64,000 nt of DNA from Marsupella aquatica (lineage: Eukaryota; Plantae; Marchantiophyta): NCBI GenBank assembly GCA_973895155.1, contig OZ316896.1:2418001-2482000 (forward strand). Direction: 5' to 3'. The position numbers were made by a program, and so were the translations under genes. This document shows positions 11,135-25,300 of the stretch, piece after piece; the stretch's first letter is position 1, and the number at the start of each line of letters is the position of its first letter. Under the pieces are notes generated by a model. The model ran no database searches. It was not told the origin of the DNA and saw nothing but the letters and a program-made list of their open reading frames with translations.

Positions 11135-13817
11135 TCAAGGCAGCTTCCCATCTAAAGTCAGGAGCACTTTATAGAGCTCAGGGCGCCGGTCCCTGAATAT
11201 ACCCCAACTGGCACGCTTGTAGTAAATACTGTCAAGGTCAAATTTGGCCACCAGTACTGTGTCAGTCTTATCATCAGCTTGCTGTACAATCTCCCCAGTT
11301 GGACCTGTTCAGTTCACAAGTAAACAACACACACTGTCAAGTCTTACTTCATGCTCCTCCCTCTTCATTCTCAAGTAGGAAAGGGCTAATGGTACGAGAC
11401 TGAGTTCCAAGGTACTGTACCTGCAATGAACGAGTGCCCATAAAAAGTGATTTTACTTGGTCCGTTTCCGGTCTCTACGGTCTCTGCCCCTATCCGGTTG
11501 GATGCTACCAGTGGCACCTGAGAAAAAGTTGGAATGTCGGTGAAGTGACCGACGGCAAAAATATGACACAGACGGACAATAGGTCAAACGATGAAGAAAA
11601 CTGCCAGAGCTTCAGTCAATTTCAGTCCTCTTGAAATGACTAAATACGCATGGAACATAATACCTGAATTATAGAACTTACCAGATTGGCTCCAGCGTGC
11701 CCTTGCATTACTCTTTGCCAATGCGGAGCTGAATCGATAGTACCATCTTGAGGCTCAGTACCAATGGCCGTTGGATAAAACAACACTTCAGCTCCCATCA
11801 ATGCAAGAGATCTAGCAACTTCCGGAAACCATTGGTCCCAACAAATTGCTGGATGACAGCCAATTTTCCACACCACAACTGCGTCAGAGATGTTGTGATC
11901 ATATCGCTCCACTACAAGCTACACTGCAACTGCCAGACCTTGACGTTGATTGATGCAGGACCTATTATCTCACAGAAGACCAGAGTCGCGCTTACGGGAT
12001 AATCCTATACGCCTTCCCGACTTACAGTATCTTGAAAAAAATCAAAACAATCCTTTGTACATTTACTACAATTCTCCTTTGTGGTTTAGAATTTCTATAG
12101 ACACTACAAAAGGGTTATCAATAACCGGTCATCTATTGTTTATTTCCTGCCGTTAATTACCCCCTTGAGAAAACATCTGCTGCCCGAGTCATCTACATGA
12201 AATCCACCTAGGAATCAATTGAAGGAGGATACAACGGACATGACTCATCTGCATATCAATCAATTCGTTAGGCAAACTTACCTACTCCTATCTTTGCAAA
12301 TTTAGTCTGGAAAACCTGCAGCGCCACAAGAAGGACCAAACGGATAATGTCAACTCCCAAATCCCAATTGTCCAACCACATTGTTGCATAAGAGCTCCTC
12401 AAACTTCACGTTCTACACAGTCTGATACATATCACACAAAAAACTAAAGATGAACTGAGGAAATATTCACCTTGAATCCTGTATCTCCAGGATTGAAGTA
12501 GAATTTCTCTTGATAACCTGCACAACACTTAATTGGAAATTGAGCTGGGGTAGGAGAGTCCGGCTACACGCAAAGACTTCTTCCCTACCTTTCTGAACCC
12601 TCACAGAGGAAGGTCCATCTTCCATACCCAGAACAGTTCTAAGACAATTTTATGAGCTTTCCAGGTAGCCGGAAGTTAAATTCCAATATCCGCGTGGTTG
12701 AGCCACCGCATTCCGGACATGTGTGGCATTGAACTAAATAAAGAATACCAAGAGAAGCAATCAAAGAAAACAGTATCTTTGAAGGACTAAAGAGACCTGG
12801 TCCATCGGGGATATGAGACTTTCGATAAAGTCCAAGATCTGTTCCATCCGCATCAATGATGACAATAGAGTTGTAATGAGCGCAGTTTGCTTTCTCGAAG
12901 AAACTGACTGGAATTACCACTTTAAGCTCCTTGGCTAGGGTTTGCATTCTGATCAAGAATTTTACAATTATGAAAGATAAGATACAACATCTAATGTAAT
13001 GCAACGAGACCAAGAAGGAATTTAAAATTTGAAAAATATGACACAACATCTATCGTTATTCCTGCAAAAAAAAATCAGGAAGAATTGGAGCCAAGGATAG
13101 TCAGCAAAAGACATAATCAAAACCAAATCAAGAATTCTTCGTTACGTACCTTTGGATAGTGGGATGACCCTCCCTTGGGTGGGCTCGCCCAAAAAAGTCT
13201 TCCCTCTGTGCCTGGCAAAAGTAATAACCTTCGAACAGCTCCTGCAAACGAATCAAGATGAAGAGTGTATTGTAAGGCCACAACACATATGTTGGGCAGA
13301 AACTGGCCCATAAATGATAGTACCTGGCACGTTTCTGTCCTGCAAGAGAATGAATTTTGATGATGACTGTTAAGCAATCATCCGAACTGCCTGCGGAAGG
13401 CCTAGCTCAATTATTCACGGTAAAGGTTCACCTGGATCAGAATGATGTTAGCCCCCTTGGCTGCCGCTTCTCTCACCATCCTGTTCCATTGATCCCAGGT
13501 AAATTAGCCAATGACCGTCAAGAATTTAGTGATACTTTAAATTCTTGGGAATAAGCATCGAAATGGTCTCCACACTGAACGAATTCTCCGCTGATCCTCC
13601 CTACTCACACAGCAATTGATTGGCTCCCTGAGCACCAAACTGCAGCAGCAAGAACAACATCTAACCTTCCTGATTTGAATAAGCAGCTGGTGAATCCAAA
13701 TCAGCCAAGAGAACCTAGGTACCTCTCCGCTTTGTCCACATTCGTTTTCACGTCGTCGGTGCAAGTGAATTGCAGCGCCGCAACTCCCACCTCTCCCCTC
13801 TTCTCCGTCCCTCCCAT
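11135..13817 (-). CDS. NLP1: N-carbamoylputrescine amidase (nitrilase-like protein 1), multi-exon
   Basis: Exons give MGGTEKRGEVGVAALQFTCTDD, ELFEGYYFCQAQREDFF, LAKELKVVIPVSFFE..YRKSHIPDGPG, AICWDQWFPEVAR..YPTAIGTEPQD..MQGHAGANL and WGIFRDRRPELYKVLLTLDG. The Glu-Lys-Cys nitrilase triad motifs are present. Confidence 0.95.
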
Positions 13818-14267
13818 CTTTGCTGCTCTTCTCTCTTTCTGTCTCCTCTGTTCGTTCCTTATTGGCCTTTACTCCCGATCGTCACCCTGTTCTCGCAGTG
13901 TCACGGACTGACTCTCCCGCACTCCTTCGATTGATTGTTGTTCCTGCACAATCAATTTCTCCCCAGGCGGACCTCTGTTTCCCAAGCTATTCGTAATCCC
14001 AGTCCAATCTGAACATCGTGAGGAAATCTCAGTGTCCTCCGTCTGGACTCCGAGCAATTGGAATTGGTGGAGCTCGTTCCTTTCTCACTTGCTAAAACCC
14101 CCCTCAGGTTTCTGTTGCTCCTTGCTCAAAATCGGAGGCTTCTGATCGTCGATGCCACGAGATGCGAAGTTGGAGCCCGGATTTATCTCACCCGTGCACC
14201 ATGCGATTGGGATGTACTTGCTGGGACTTATCTCACCCGTACACCATTTGTCGTAGTGGACCCCCTA

Positions 14268-14935
14268 CTGGGACCAATGTTGCATGGGCTGTGTCTTTAA
14301 ATAGGAGGGCAGGTTGGGACCAACGTGGCATGGGCTGTCCTTTAGGAAGGCTCATGTAAACATTTTTGGAAGCCATTGCTATTCGGGGTAACTGCACATC
14401 AAAATATGACATATACTATGTAAGACACCCCTGCATACCTTGATAATCCTAGTTTTTCTTTCTTTCAATCAATGAATGCAGTCACACCCCTGCATACCTT
14501 GATAATCCTAGTTTTTCTTTCTTTCAATCAATGAATGCAGCCACATTTTGATGTGTGATTACCAATAAGGTTGCTATTCCCATAATCTGTTGCCCTGAAA
14601 TAATCTTTTTCCAAACATCAATAGGAACAATAGGAAGGTAGGTTGGCACCAATGTGGCATGGGCTGTGTCCGTAAATAGGAAGGCAGGTTGGGACCAACG
14701 TGGCATGGGCTGTCCTTTAGGAAGGCGCATGTAAACATTTTTGGAAGCCATTGCTATTCCCATAATCTGTTGCCCTGAAATAATCTTTTTCCAAACATCA
14801 ATAGGAACAATAGGAAGGTAGGTTGGGACCAATGTGGCATGGGCTGTCCTGTCCATTAGGAGGGAAGGTTATTGTCATTTAAACATTTTTGGAGGCCTTG
14901 CTATTCCCATAATTTGTTGCCCCAAAATAATATTA
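14268..14935. repeat. Tandem ~180-bp repeat array (about 3 units)
   Basis: gggaccaa(t/c)gtggcatgggctgt...catttttggaagccattgctattcccataatctgttgccc recurs near 14270, 14641 and 14821. Confidence 0.85.
14385..14570. mobile_element. MITE-like insertion (Mutator-type 9-bp TSD)
   Basis: Flanked by TTGCTATTC at 14376-14384 and 14571-14579. Imperfect inverted ends (ggtaactgcacatcaaaatatgac / gccacattttgatgtgtgattacc), internal 59-bp tandem duplication, and an empty site in the adjacent repeat unit. Confidence 0.7.
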
Positions 14936-16014
14936 TCTGAACACAAATTAGGTAGTATAATGCATGTCTGAGTAGGGGTTCTAGCCTGAACCCCTGCTCT
15001 GTGAAAGCTCAGAAAACCTTCTAGGCTGTAGCTGTCAGGTTTTCTTCACTTTCTTGGAACAGGGTTACAGGCTAGTAACCAAGACCAGACCTGCATTGAT
15101 ATCCTATACATGCCCCCGGCCACTTTGCTGCAAGGAGGATGCTTATGATATGCATTACTCAGGGATCTTTTTTACCCGTTCAATGTGGTAACTGGTTTTA
15201 TGGACTCTAGGACGATTCACTTGCTTGACCCTCTTATGCAGTTTACACCAGAGTTTTATCATCCTCTTCCATTTGCTGACAGGTACTGCGGCATTTAGTT
15301 TTGTTGTCTGGCTGTTTTGGGGTTGGGCTCTTGGCTTTTTGGCCTTTTGGTTGTTCCCCCTTGATTGGGTTTTTTGCCAGAGGGATCATGTCTCATGGTT
15401 GACTGCCTTCTATTTTTTGGCAGTTTGACATATATTATGGAGTCGCTGTAATTGATACATCATGGAGGCATCAGGCTAGTCTAGTTAGGGACATCTTGAA
15501 AGTTGCCTTGAAAATAAGTTTGGTTTGTAAAGTTGATTGGATGTTCTTCTAATGAGCTAAAGTGAGTCTTGAGATGTGGAGCAATTGTGGAGATCAAAGG
15601 AAACCCTACTTCCTAAGCTTGAGTGTGTGTTCTTCTCTATAAATGCTTTACAATGAGCAAAATCAAGAAGGGCATTAATTCAGGGTATAGTACATTGATT
15701 TAAGGTCCATCATGGGTCTCCATCACTCATGGAGTCCATGAAGTAACACTTTTCAATTTGGGGTTCATTTGGGGTCCATCAAGTACATCTCTCCCCAAAA
15801 AAGAGAATCAGGAAGGGCATGAATTAAGGAAGCATCAGTCCCAGTAACTCCACATCAAACATCAAATATGTTGTAGGCCATAACTCCATACCATGACAAA
15901 TCTATTTTTTCTGTTTAAATCATTGACTTGTACACCTATATTACCACATTTGTATGTGCAATTACAGGGACTATTCTTATCTTTCAAATTGCCAAAAAAC
16001 AAAGGGCACCCAAT

Positions 16015-16366
16015 TGTTGAGCATAGACGTCAATCGCAGCGGTAAGCAAATGACACATCTAACGATCAAGTAGTCGACATAGAGAGATATGTGATTCACC
16101 TCCACATGAGGCTACGCCCACGGGAACACACAAGAGCTTTATTGCACTCTAGGCCGACCGGGCCATACCAAGCTTCCACAACACAAACTCTCCTTATCTC
16201 TCAACTGACTCCGTAACAATGAACCTAAGTTCCACTTATGCAAACAAACACCACTTGGCATATAGTGTGCATCCTAGTGAACTTAACCACGTCTCCGACT
16301 ACAGTTAGCCTAACTACATTTACATGTCGTAACCCTAAACCCTAGACCTTGAGTAAAAACCTAACA
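16015..16366. mobile_element. Solo LTR (352 bp)
   Basis: Begins TGTTG and ends TAACA, with flanks CCAAT/CCAAC. It interrupts a repeat whose intact copy is at ~16550-16650. Confidence 0.7.
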
Positions 16367-16917
16367 CCAACAGGGAGACATGATCCCAAAGGCAAAAGAA
16401 GGCGAAATACCCAATCAAGTGAAAGGAACCAAAGAGCCAAGGAGAACCCCCAAAAGCCAACCACAACCTAAAACTAAAACTATTATGTTTAAATCATTGA
16501 TTCAACACCCTATATTACCACATTTTTGTAATGACATAGACACATAAATATATTTCAAACTGTCAAAAACAAAAGGTGCCCAACTAGGAGACACGATCCC
16601 TTAGGCAAAAGACACAATCAAGGGGGAACAACCATAGGGCCGAAAAAGGTCAGGAAGCAAAGAAACAAAGAACTATCGCAGACCCAAAAACCAGGGTCCC
16701 AAAGCCTACCGATCAACTAACTGAAGAGCCTGGTAAAGCTCAGACATGAATTGCATAGGAGAGACAAGCAAAGTAATCTTACTAGAGGCTCTAATACCAA
16801 TAGCCTCACCCTTAACAAGAATAGTGAATGCCTCCACTACCTAAAGCGCAACAAATGCACTCATCACAAACACCAAATAAAGGAACTCACTTTGCAGAGA
16901 GCCCAAGGGGAGGGCAG

Positions 16918-17020
16918 CACTGGCGGTTGCTAGTTCTGACCGGATGCAACCTGTCATCCCTCTTCAACTATACCCACTGGCGGTTGCTGGTTCTGACCGG
17001 ACGCAGCCGGTCGTCCCTCA
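16918..17020. repeat. Short tandem duplication, ~57-bp period
   Basis: cactggcggttgct(a/g)gttctgaccgga(t/c)gca.cc.gtc.tccctc occurs twice. Confidence 0.8.
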
Positions 17021-19370
17021 CGGGCCCTGCCCACTGCAGTCTGAACGGACAGACCTCAATGTGGTTCTCAGCTTCGTCTGATGCTGAACGAGAGAACGAG
17101 CAACAAGAGAGCTGAGGAAGGGGCTCATGAATTGGCTGTGGTTATGATTACGGTGCAGTTTGCTGAACGCGATGAGGGTGTTGTCAAGACCAATGACTTC
17201 TCCTCTGTTGATGCCATCTCCCTGCTCTCGATATGGCTTCTCCGGCAAGTTGCTGCTGCTGCAAAGGTGTTCAGTTTGATTCCCTCCGGAACGCATTCCT
17301 ACGTAGTTCTGATTTTAAGGGAAGAGTGTTCGCGGAGACGAAGGCGATAGGGAGAATGGATATTTGATTTGCTGCTCTTGGTCAGGATTAATGACTTTTC
17401 TTCGTTGATACGATCTCTTTGTCCCACGTTGAACGAGCAGTTGGATAAATCTGAGTAGTGAGTAATGATATTTGTCCGTCATTGGACCTACTCTGTCTTC
17501 TAGAAGTGTTCAATTTTACTGGTTGCATATCGATTGTAGATAGGGCCGATGTGAAGCGATGCCCTGTCCAGATTCAAACTTTCGAGAATAGAAATGTCGT
17601 CATGAGTCTGGGAGCTCGAGCTGTGTTGCCCTAACAAAGGAAGGCTTGAAATTGAGTCTGTGGTCAGTTCCGTTGCTTGATATATTGTTTGGGTGAAATA
17701 ATTTTGGCGCGACGCTTTGTTTTCGTGAATTTTAGATAGTTTGCACAGAGGATTGATTGCAAATGGTATTGTCACGATTCCATGACAAGTAATTAAGCTG
17801 TTATCCGTTGATACTTTGAAGAGCAAAATAGTAAATAAGGGATGCATGCACGTTGGTTGCAGATTCGGAGCAATGTCAGCTGTATTGGAATACGAGAATA
17901 AAAATATGCCTGGGTTTTTGAATTCGGGACGACACCACAATTTGAAGAATTTTCCTGCCTTGACCGAGAGCGACAGCGTGAACAGTCAGTAGAGCAAATG
18001 CTCCTCCCGAAATCAGCAATCATCCCTAGTTGTTCAAGCGAGAGGCGAACGAACGGTATAATCTGTCAAAAGTCTGGCAAGCAGGCATTGGTTCTGGAAG
18101 GAACTGGTTCGAGATTTTGACATCTGGAAGAGTCGACAAAATCGCTGTGCAAAGCAGTTGGGAAATTTTGGATTCATGAGCATTCGGTAGCAGTGTAACA
18201 TGCCAGGTTAGAGGGTAGTGCACCAATACGGTCTTTCGCATTTACTCTTCGGTTGGTATCTATGAACGAGATAACCTCCAGTACGGTTGGAGAGCCATCT
18301 TGCGGAAATGCCTCAGGACAAAAGTTCTAGTCAATTCAAAACCTATCTGCGCTACTGGCCTCTAATCTTCGGAATGTATTCTGTTGGGAGTTCATTCCAA
18401 GGGTCCCATACAACAAGGCCGAGGCAGCTAGTCGTCACGCGTATTCTGAGTTTCGTTTCCCCCGGCACAGCGTGTTGGAGACGGGGTTGGACACGAGTAG
18501 AATTCGACGGGAAGTGATGGCCATGAATTCAGTATGACCTCTCTTCTGTACCTGAACGATATCCCTTTCCTCCCACTGACCATGGAGCAAAAGTGGTTGC
18601 AGCCCGTGCGTGAGCCGTATGCTGAAAATGCGTTTTGTTTCATCTCCGTGGATGGCGAAAACAATTTCTTGAGGTACTTTGAAAGCTTCTTTATCGTCAC
18701 TCCACTGCCGTATACCACTTGGCCATGCCCACTTTATTTGGCTTTCAGTTGTTCGTTCGTTCTATCACTCATCTCTACGTGTACAGTGCATTGCTGCTTA
18801 AGGTGGACTGACTTATACATTTCGATTACGCTGCGTGTTTGGTTGTGATGATCCAATGCTATGAACATTGGGATGCAGTTTGTCGGAAGCTTTTCCCTAT
18901 CTATAAAAGGCTGGAACTACAGAGCTCTTCGGTATCATGATCACATTGATGATGGAACCATGGAGTTCTGTTGTTCAAGACCCTTTGTCAAACGGCAGGA
19001 AGTGCCCCGTAGACTGGCCTCCTGAAGAGTGCGAATTGGGCACTGTACGCTTACTACCCAATTCGATGCGACAGCAAATTGGGCCATCGGTGGCTCCTTA
19101 CAAATGACCTTTGAATGACCGTGTTCCAATGTGGCAGAAGCTTCCTATAAAGTATTCAAATTCGATCCGCTGAGAGCCAAACTGCAGTGTGCGCTTGATG
19201 AGACGAGATTTCCAAGAGATACATTTTTCTGAAATATTGGCACTTCTTCATACCAAGTATGTAAGAGGGGTACTAACAAGAGCAGCGTCCCTATTCCGGT
19301 CTCAGAAAAGGGTGCTCCCCCAAGAGGCCATACAGAACAATTAGCTCTTTAGTTTTGAGCTTGATTCAAG

Positions 19371-22300
19371 ATGCCGAAGGCACAACAAGCGGCTAGTGAT
19401 ACTGGTGATGAAGATGAAGGAAATACTGATGAAGATGCGGGAAGGTACGGGAGTGGGGATGGAGAGGAAGGTGAGACCGACGATGGTGGTGTTGATGAGG
19501 ACGCCGAGGGTGCTGACGGAGGCGAGGCTGACGAGGAAGGTTCTGATGACGAGGATGGGAATGAGGGAAACTCCCAAGGGGATCCAGATGACAACGTTGA
19601 TGAGCAAGCTGATGGCAGGCCTGATAAGAGACAGCAGCGCTCACAAGTTGATAGAGATAACGTCAAGAAGAGGAAAACAGACAATAATTCAGAAGATTCT
19701 GGAAGCAGTGGGAATAACTCCAAATCCAGTTTCGACCGATCTCGCAAACTCAACATGAAAGTAAGTTCCCTCTTATCTGTCTGATGAATACCTCTCAATA
19801 ACTTTGTTGCAAATCGCTTGGGTACGTCCATGTCCATGCGCCATGTTCTTTGTCTGAATGTACTATGTTCGCATGAATCTTCTCTGCTTTAGCAAATGAG
19901 ATGCTCGCTGCTGTGAATTCAGATTCTTGAGTGCCCCTTTGCTTGCAGGCGCTTCAGACAACAGTTCGAGATAAGGAGTTGCCATTGAGAATTGCTTATG
20001 AACAATTGGACGAGCTTGCAGCTAATGCAGAGTTGGTGCGATCTGCTATCGAGAAAAATCGCACTATTCTCGATGTTCAGGTGAAAGGCAGCTGCTTGGC
20101 CATCCGTTTTGCTGTGACTTAATGCTTGATTACTGCACCTTTAAATCATAAATAGGTGGATCAAACTTTGCATTACTCACGGGCTGCACTTATCAGCTGC
20201 ACGGCAAAATTTGACACTGAGACTTTGACTTCTAATTTCTTGCCGAAACATTTCGCTCAAGTCAGGGATGGATGGGTGTCATTGTGGGAAGCAGGTGAAG
20301 AAAAGTAACTCAAGGTACTTGCGTGCTGCTTTTGCAGCCTGGAAGCTGGACCTTGATTGGCAGAAAGCAAAGAGAAGAGACATCAGCCGAGCAAATGCAT
20401 CGCGAAGGAAGTCTCTGATGCTGCGTGCGTTCAGAGCATGGGCAAAGGACCACCTGGTTCATGCCAAATTCAAAAGACTTCAAAAATCGGCCGTGGTCGT
20501 CATTCAGCGCCACACTATGAGGCGTTGCTGGTATTGTTTATCCCCAAATTTGAACTGTATTAGATTTACGCAGTTGGGAGACCCTTATTGTACAGTTGTG
20601 ATGGAGAATTTCTGCCTCAGCTCACCCACTCTCAACTAACAAGAATTTTAATGGAGCTCTGGCGTTGCGATTAATCTTGAAAAGATGCCTTTGAAAGGGT
20701 AGTTCCTTTCATCTTCTCTGATCGAAAGAGAGAACAGTGATCTGACCTAGAGGGGTCCTGTCCGTTAAAAACTTGATCTGATCGCTGTGAAGACATGGTT
20801 TGGCGTAACGAATTGGGCTGCTTGTCAAGATTACAAGGCAGAGGATAACATCATGCCCATCATTTTCTGTCGGTTATTTTGCTCAAGCCAGAGGCGTTGG
20901 AACGAGCTGATTTATCAGTCGTTGATGGAGCCTCCCTTCCAGCCGAAGGGTAGCTACCATTTGTTGATGCGGAAGGCATCGAGAGTTTACTAGAGGAGAG
21001 GTCATTTAGTTGAATGAAAAACGCGATTTGAGTTCTACTCCGCAAACACCATCATTCGATCACAAATCACCGGAACGAAAACTGTTGTATTGCTATCGAG
21101 CGAGTTCTTCCGAACATTCATGACACCACCAAGTAGTGTTGCATTCTTTGTGCAAGGATCCTAGCATCTAGCATCCTCTGATTTGTGGACCCTTGAAAAT
21201 TATGGTTTGGTAGATCAGTGGCAGTCTGGGTGAATCGCTCTGCCGAAGAAATGTGTCTGTTTGATCTTCAAGCCATTTGATTGGGTCAAGAGTCTCAGCA
21301 ATCCTTTTTTGTAGAAATAATTAAAAAATAGGGACGAAATGAATTCTTCTGCTAACATTTCCTTGTGCTTTACCCCAGGAAAGCATGGATTGCGTTGATC
21401 AAGGAAAAGTTGCGAGAGCAAGAAGACTACAGGTAAAATCTACTAAATCAGCATTCAAGTAGAAGTATTCACTGGGGACGGAGAGGTCCTGTTTGGGTAT
21501 CGCCCTTATGTAATATATTATTTCTAGAATGAGTACCTGCTGAAGATGAAATGACGTCGGCCTACATGTAGTAATTTAGTACGTTTGGCAGGAAAGAAAA
21601 GAGGCTGGTGAAGGATATGGACTATAAGCACCAAGAACAGATATGTCGTCGAGCTTGTAATTTTATGTACAGATATCGATTACGAAGAATATTCTTGGCT
21701 TTCAAGGTGAGTGGGACTCTTGTTGACTGTTGAAATCATATGTTGTCCTTGCAAACAAGGTGCGAATGTGATAGAAATGACACATCTCTTGTAAGTAAAA
21801 TGCCAACTCTGTAGATTCCGTCTGGGGCCAAGCATAATCTTTGGGACAAGGAACCCACCAACCCAGCCGAGACTTAAGTTGGTAGCTCTATGACGCCTGG
21901 ATTGGGTGTCTCTTTGGTTTCCTGTTGGCCGTACGCCAACTAAGCACTCGACTTTCAGTCCTAAATATATTCCTTTAGCGGTATCCAGGTAGTTTCAACA
22001 TCTTTTTTGCACCTGCGCTATATAGGTCTCCCCTATGCGCTACTCATTCAGGTTCTCCTTTAGTTTACCGACTTAAGACAATTCTTCCGTAGACCATCAT
22101 TTTTGCTTATCTTGAGACTGATAGAAAATTTATTTTGCAATAGGTCCTGTTCCACTCAGCATGACTGCACTGTAAATCTTCGCTCAAGGCTGACTCATAA
22201 AAAATGTTAGCTCCAACTACTCTTATAGCATTCACCGGAATATCCATTTCTTCTGCCTAATATGGGTCCCAATTTCATAATGTGGAAAGAATTTCGAAAT

Positions 22301-25300
22301 CCGCCAGCCACAACATCTCACCTCCTTGCACATCCTGCAGCTCCAAAACTCTGCTCTAGTCACTCATGTTCATTCCTTCATTCATATGGCACGTCTTGGA
22401 GGCGATTTAGCTTTATTCCCTTTATATTCTAGGAGGTGGACTTCCTTACCACTCTACTTGTAAGCTCACCGACGACCTTGTTCTCGCCACTTCTCTAATC
22501 CGTTTTAGTATTGCAGGATTCCACTGAATCTTCGGAAGACTAGTATCTTTAAAAGAATTTGCTCACATGACTGTAGCATCCCATGTCCTGAGCCTGCAAA
22601 CTGTACCTGATCAATTAGCGGCTTAGAGGATAAAACGCTGAAAACAGATTTTGGAGCCAGTACGTCAACTGTACACCGACAACACCCTGCACCTACTGCA
22701 GCCCTCACCACTGTCGAGTCTTCGGGTGATCAGGATCAGCTGGGTCAGATCACCAAAGCTCACAGTAGTAGCAAGATTAAAATGCTGTTGAGGGATCGCG
22801 GTGGAGGACAATACATGATGGGACTCGTCTTTAGGGTCCTTGACTTTTGAATCTATTGATGAGATGACAGCTTCTCTTTTTAGAAAGGTGGCTTGCTCTA
22901 ATACATGTGGAGCCCTTGATCTCTTAGAGAGTGGAACTCCTTTCTAGCCCTAAAAATTGAATTGGACACGAAGTCCATGGGATGCAAGCTAAGCAGCTCT
23001 TCATGTGTTTAGTCCAAGCAATGGACAGAGGAGATATCTACTGCATATTTTGCCTATTAAACAATCTGCACATGCAGGGCGCCTCATGCTCCCATGAACA
23101 GATGAACTATTCTTCAGGAGTCGAGGACTCGTGATAAACTTCACAATACTCCCAAATCCCTCCAATCCAGCTTTCAACACTAACTGTTTACTTACTGTAT
23201 GACTGTTGCACTATCTCGCCAAAGTATAAGAACAGATTTCTATTCAAAAACCAACAATGGATGTGAAGGGTTTTGCAAGTTTACAGGATCATTCCCAAAG
23301 TGAAGGTTGAGGAAGGACGCTCTTTAGAGTTCACTGCCCTAACTTGGGAAGGGCACTTGTAATATTTTTTGTACAACCCTGGTTGAATAACTGTTATGCC
23401 CTGATTCAAACTTTGAATTTCTGATCCCATTTTGCAGAATTCAATGGTTAATGTAATCTCGATTGAAATGTACATTTTCAGCATTTTGACGGGCAAGGTT
23501 CTTGTACAGGATGGATGTAAGGTCAGTCGACTGCATGATCAATGGGAGCGTGGGATTGAAAGGCATCTTTCGAGGAGGAAGTTGAAGCGTCTTTTCCAGG
23601 GCTGGAGACAAGTAACTGCTGCGTCTAGATTCGTACAAGGATATCTTCAGTAATACATCATTTCTCTTGAATTGTTTGGGTTTTCTCAACCTCGTTGCAG
23701 TCTTTTGAGTATGGGACATCGGATGAATGTGTTACCAAATTGCTAGGCTAAATTTCTGTCTATCAGAGTCTGCTGGAAGGTACTATTCGGTAGCGGTCCC
23801 TAAAGTAACGTGATTCAAGGTGCTGGGCATATGTTGAGTGATGCATGGATTGTTCCCCATAAAAATGAATCCTTCAGACTAGAGGAGAATGTTAGAAATT
23901 GAAACCCCATTCTTTTCAGCTACCATATTGATGTTGTGATGCTGTAGGAGAGCAGGGCTAGACTGCGAAAAAGGAATTTGAGGCAGTCTTTCAAGACATG
24001 GAAATCAGGAATTGGAGAGATGAGAAGTAGGGCTGAGAACCTTGAAGGTTTCTCTCTCAAGTCTTCTACAAACAAACTGGCAGAAGCGTTTACTACTTGG
24101 GCTGGCCAGATTCTTGGCAAGGGGGCACATGGGGAAAAGTTGAGGAAATTCATTGAGGCTGCACACCGGAGAAAAATGCAAAATGCATTTGGTGCTTTCG
24201 TTGATGGTTGTTCTAAGGCTAAGCATCAACGTATGACTAGAAAGCGTATCTTCAAAAGAATGCGAACCTGGAGACTGAACAAGGCTTTCCAGGCCTGGAT
24301 CTGTTACATGCAGGTACATCTTCAGCCGTACTCCTACTTCTAGCCTAGGCACTGGGCACTTGCGAAGTGTTGCCTTTTAGTACTTTTCTCCATTATTCCT
24401 GCGGTATTACCGGATGTAAACTTTGATATCAAGAGATGGATTTATATGCAGATTCAAGCTCAGAAAAAAATGGCACGACTCCAAGAGCATGTAGTCACAG
24501 TGGAGAAGGAGAATGATAGACTTCGGGTTGAAAATGAACGGTTAGGACAAGTGATAGACTCCGGTAATTGGGGTAAGGATAGGATTACAGAGCTGATCCA
24601 AGCTGGGCAAGTCCTTACTGGGGAAAGAGATGCTTTGACGAGACTGTTAGGCCGCATGCAGCGGCAACATTCATTTGCTCTTGATCAACAAAGAAAACAT
24701 GAGGAGGACGTTCAAGAACTCAAGAGGGAACTTATGGGCAAGGTATCCACGATGAAATGCTCTTCATTCGTTACGGTTCTTCAGTTAGTAAGGCAAATGC
24801 TTTTGATCTGGCTGTATTTCTGGTGGCAATACTAACAATGATCTCCCTTTTTCATGTTCAAAGAAGCACTTGGTACGCAACAAATTGCTTGTAAAGGGTG
24901 CATCAAGCTTCAACTCCTTGATCAAAGCAATGCGAGAAGATGTAAGTGGCTTAGTCCTATGATATCAGTTGTATTATTCAATGATTTTTCTGTAGATCCG
25001 AAACGTAGTGACCGGGTTCTCCTGCAGGTAGAGACTGTGTTTGCGTCTAGTTTTGGCTATACGATAGAATTTGGTATCATAATTGTTTCAATGTCCTACT
25101 TGCAGGTTTTAAAGAATGGAAACGATCAAGAACTTCTGTATACAATCGACAAACTAGCAATGGATGAGGTATTATCTTATCCAATTCTGTTGTACGTAAA
25201 TTCCACTTTCAGCATTAATATGTGCTTAATTCTCCCAAGAGACGTAAGACGAGTGTTACTGTGGCAGGTCACGGTTTTTCCTGATGGAGATCTCTCTGTG

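Noticed and set aside
17340-19340. Possible extra upstream exons or a separate gene before the Sfi1-like gene
   Set aside because: Short ORFs with no recognisable motif and no consistent splice chain.
24743-24750. GTATCC donor as a possible U12 intron
   Set aside because: It lacks the full GTATCCTT consensus and a TCCTTAAC branch site.
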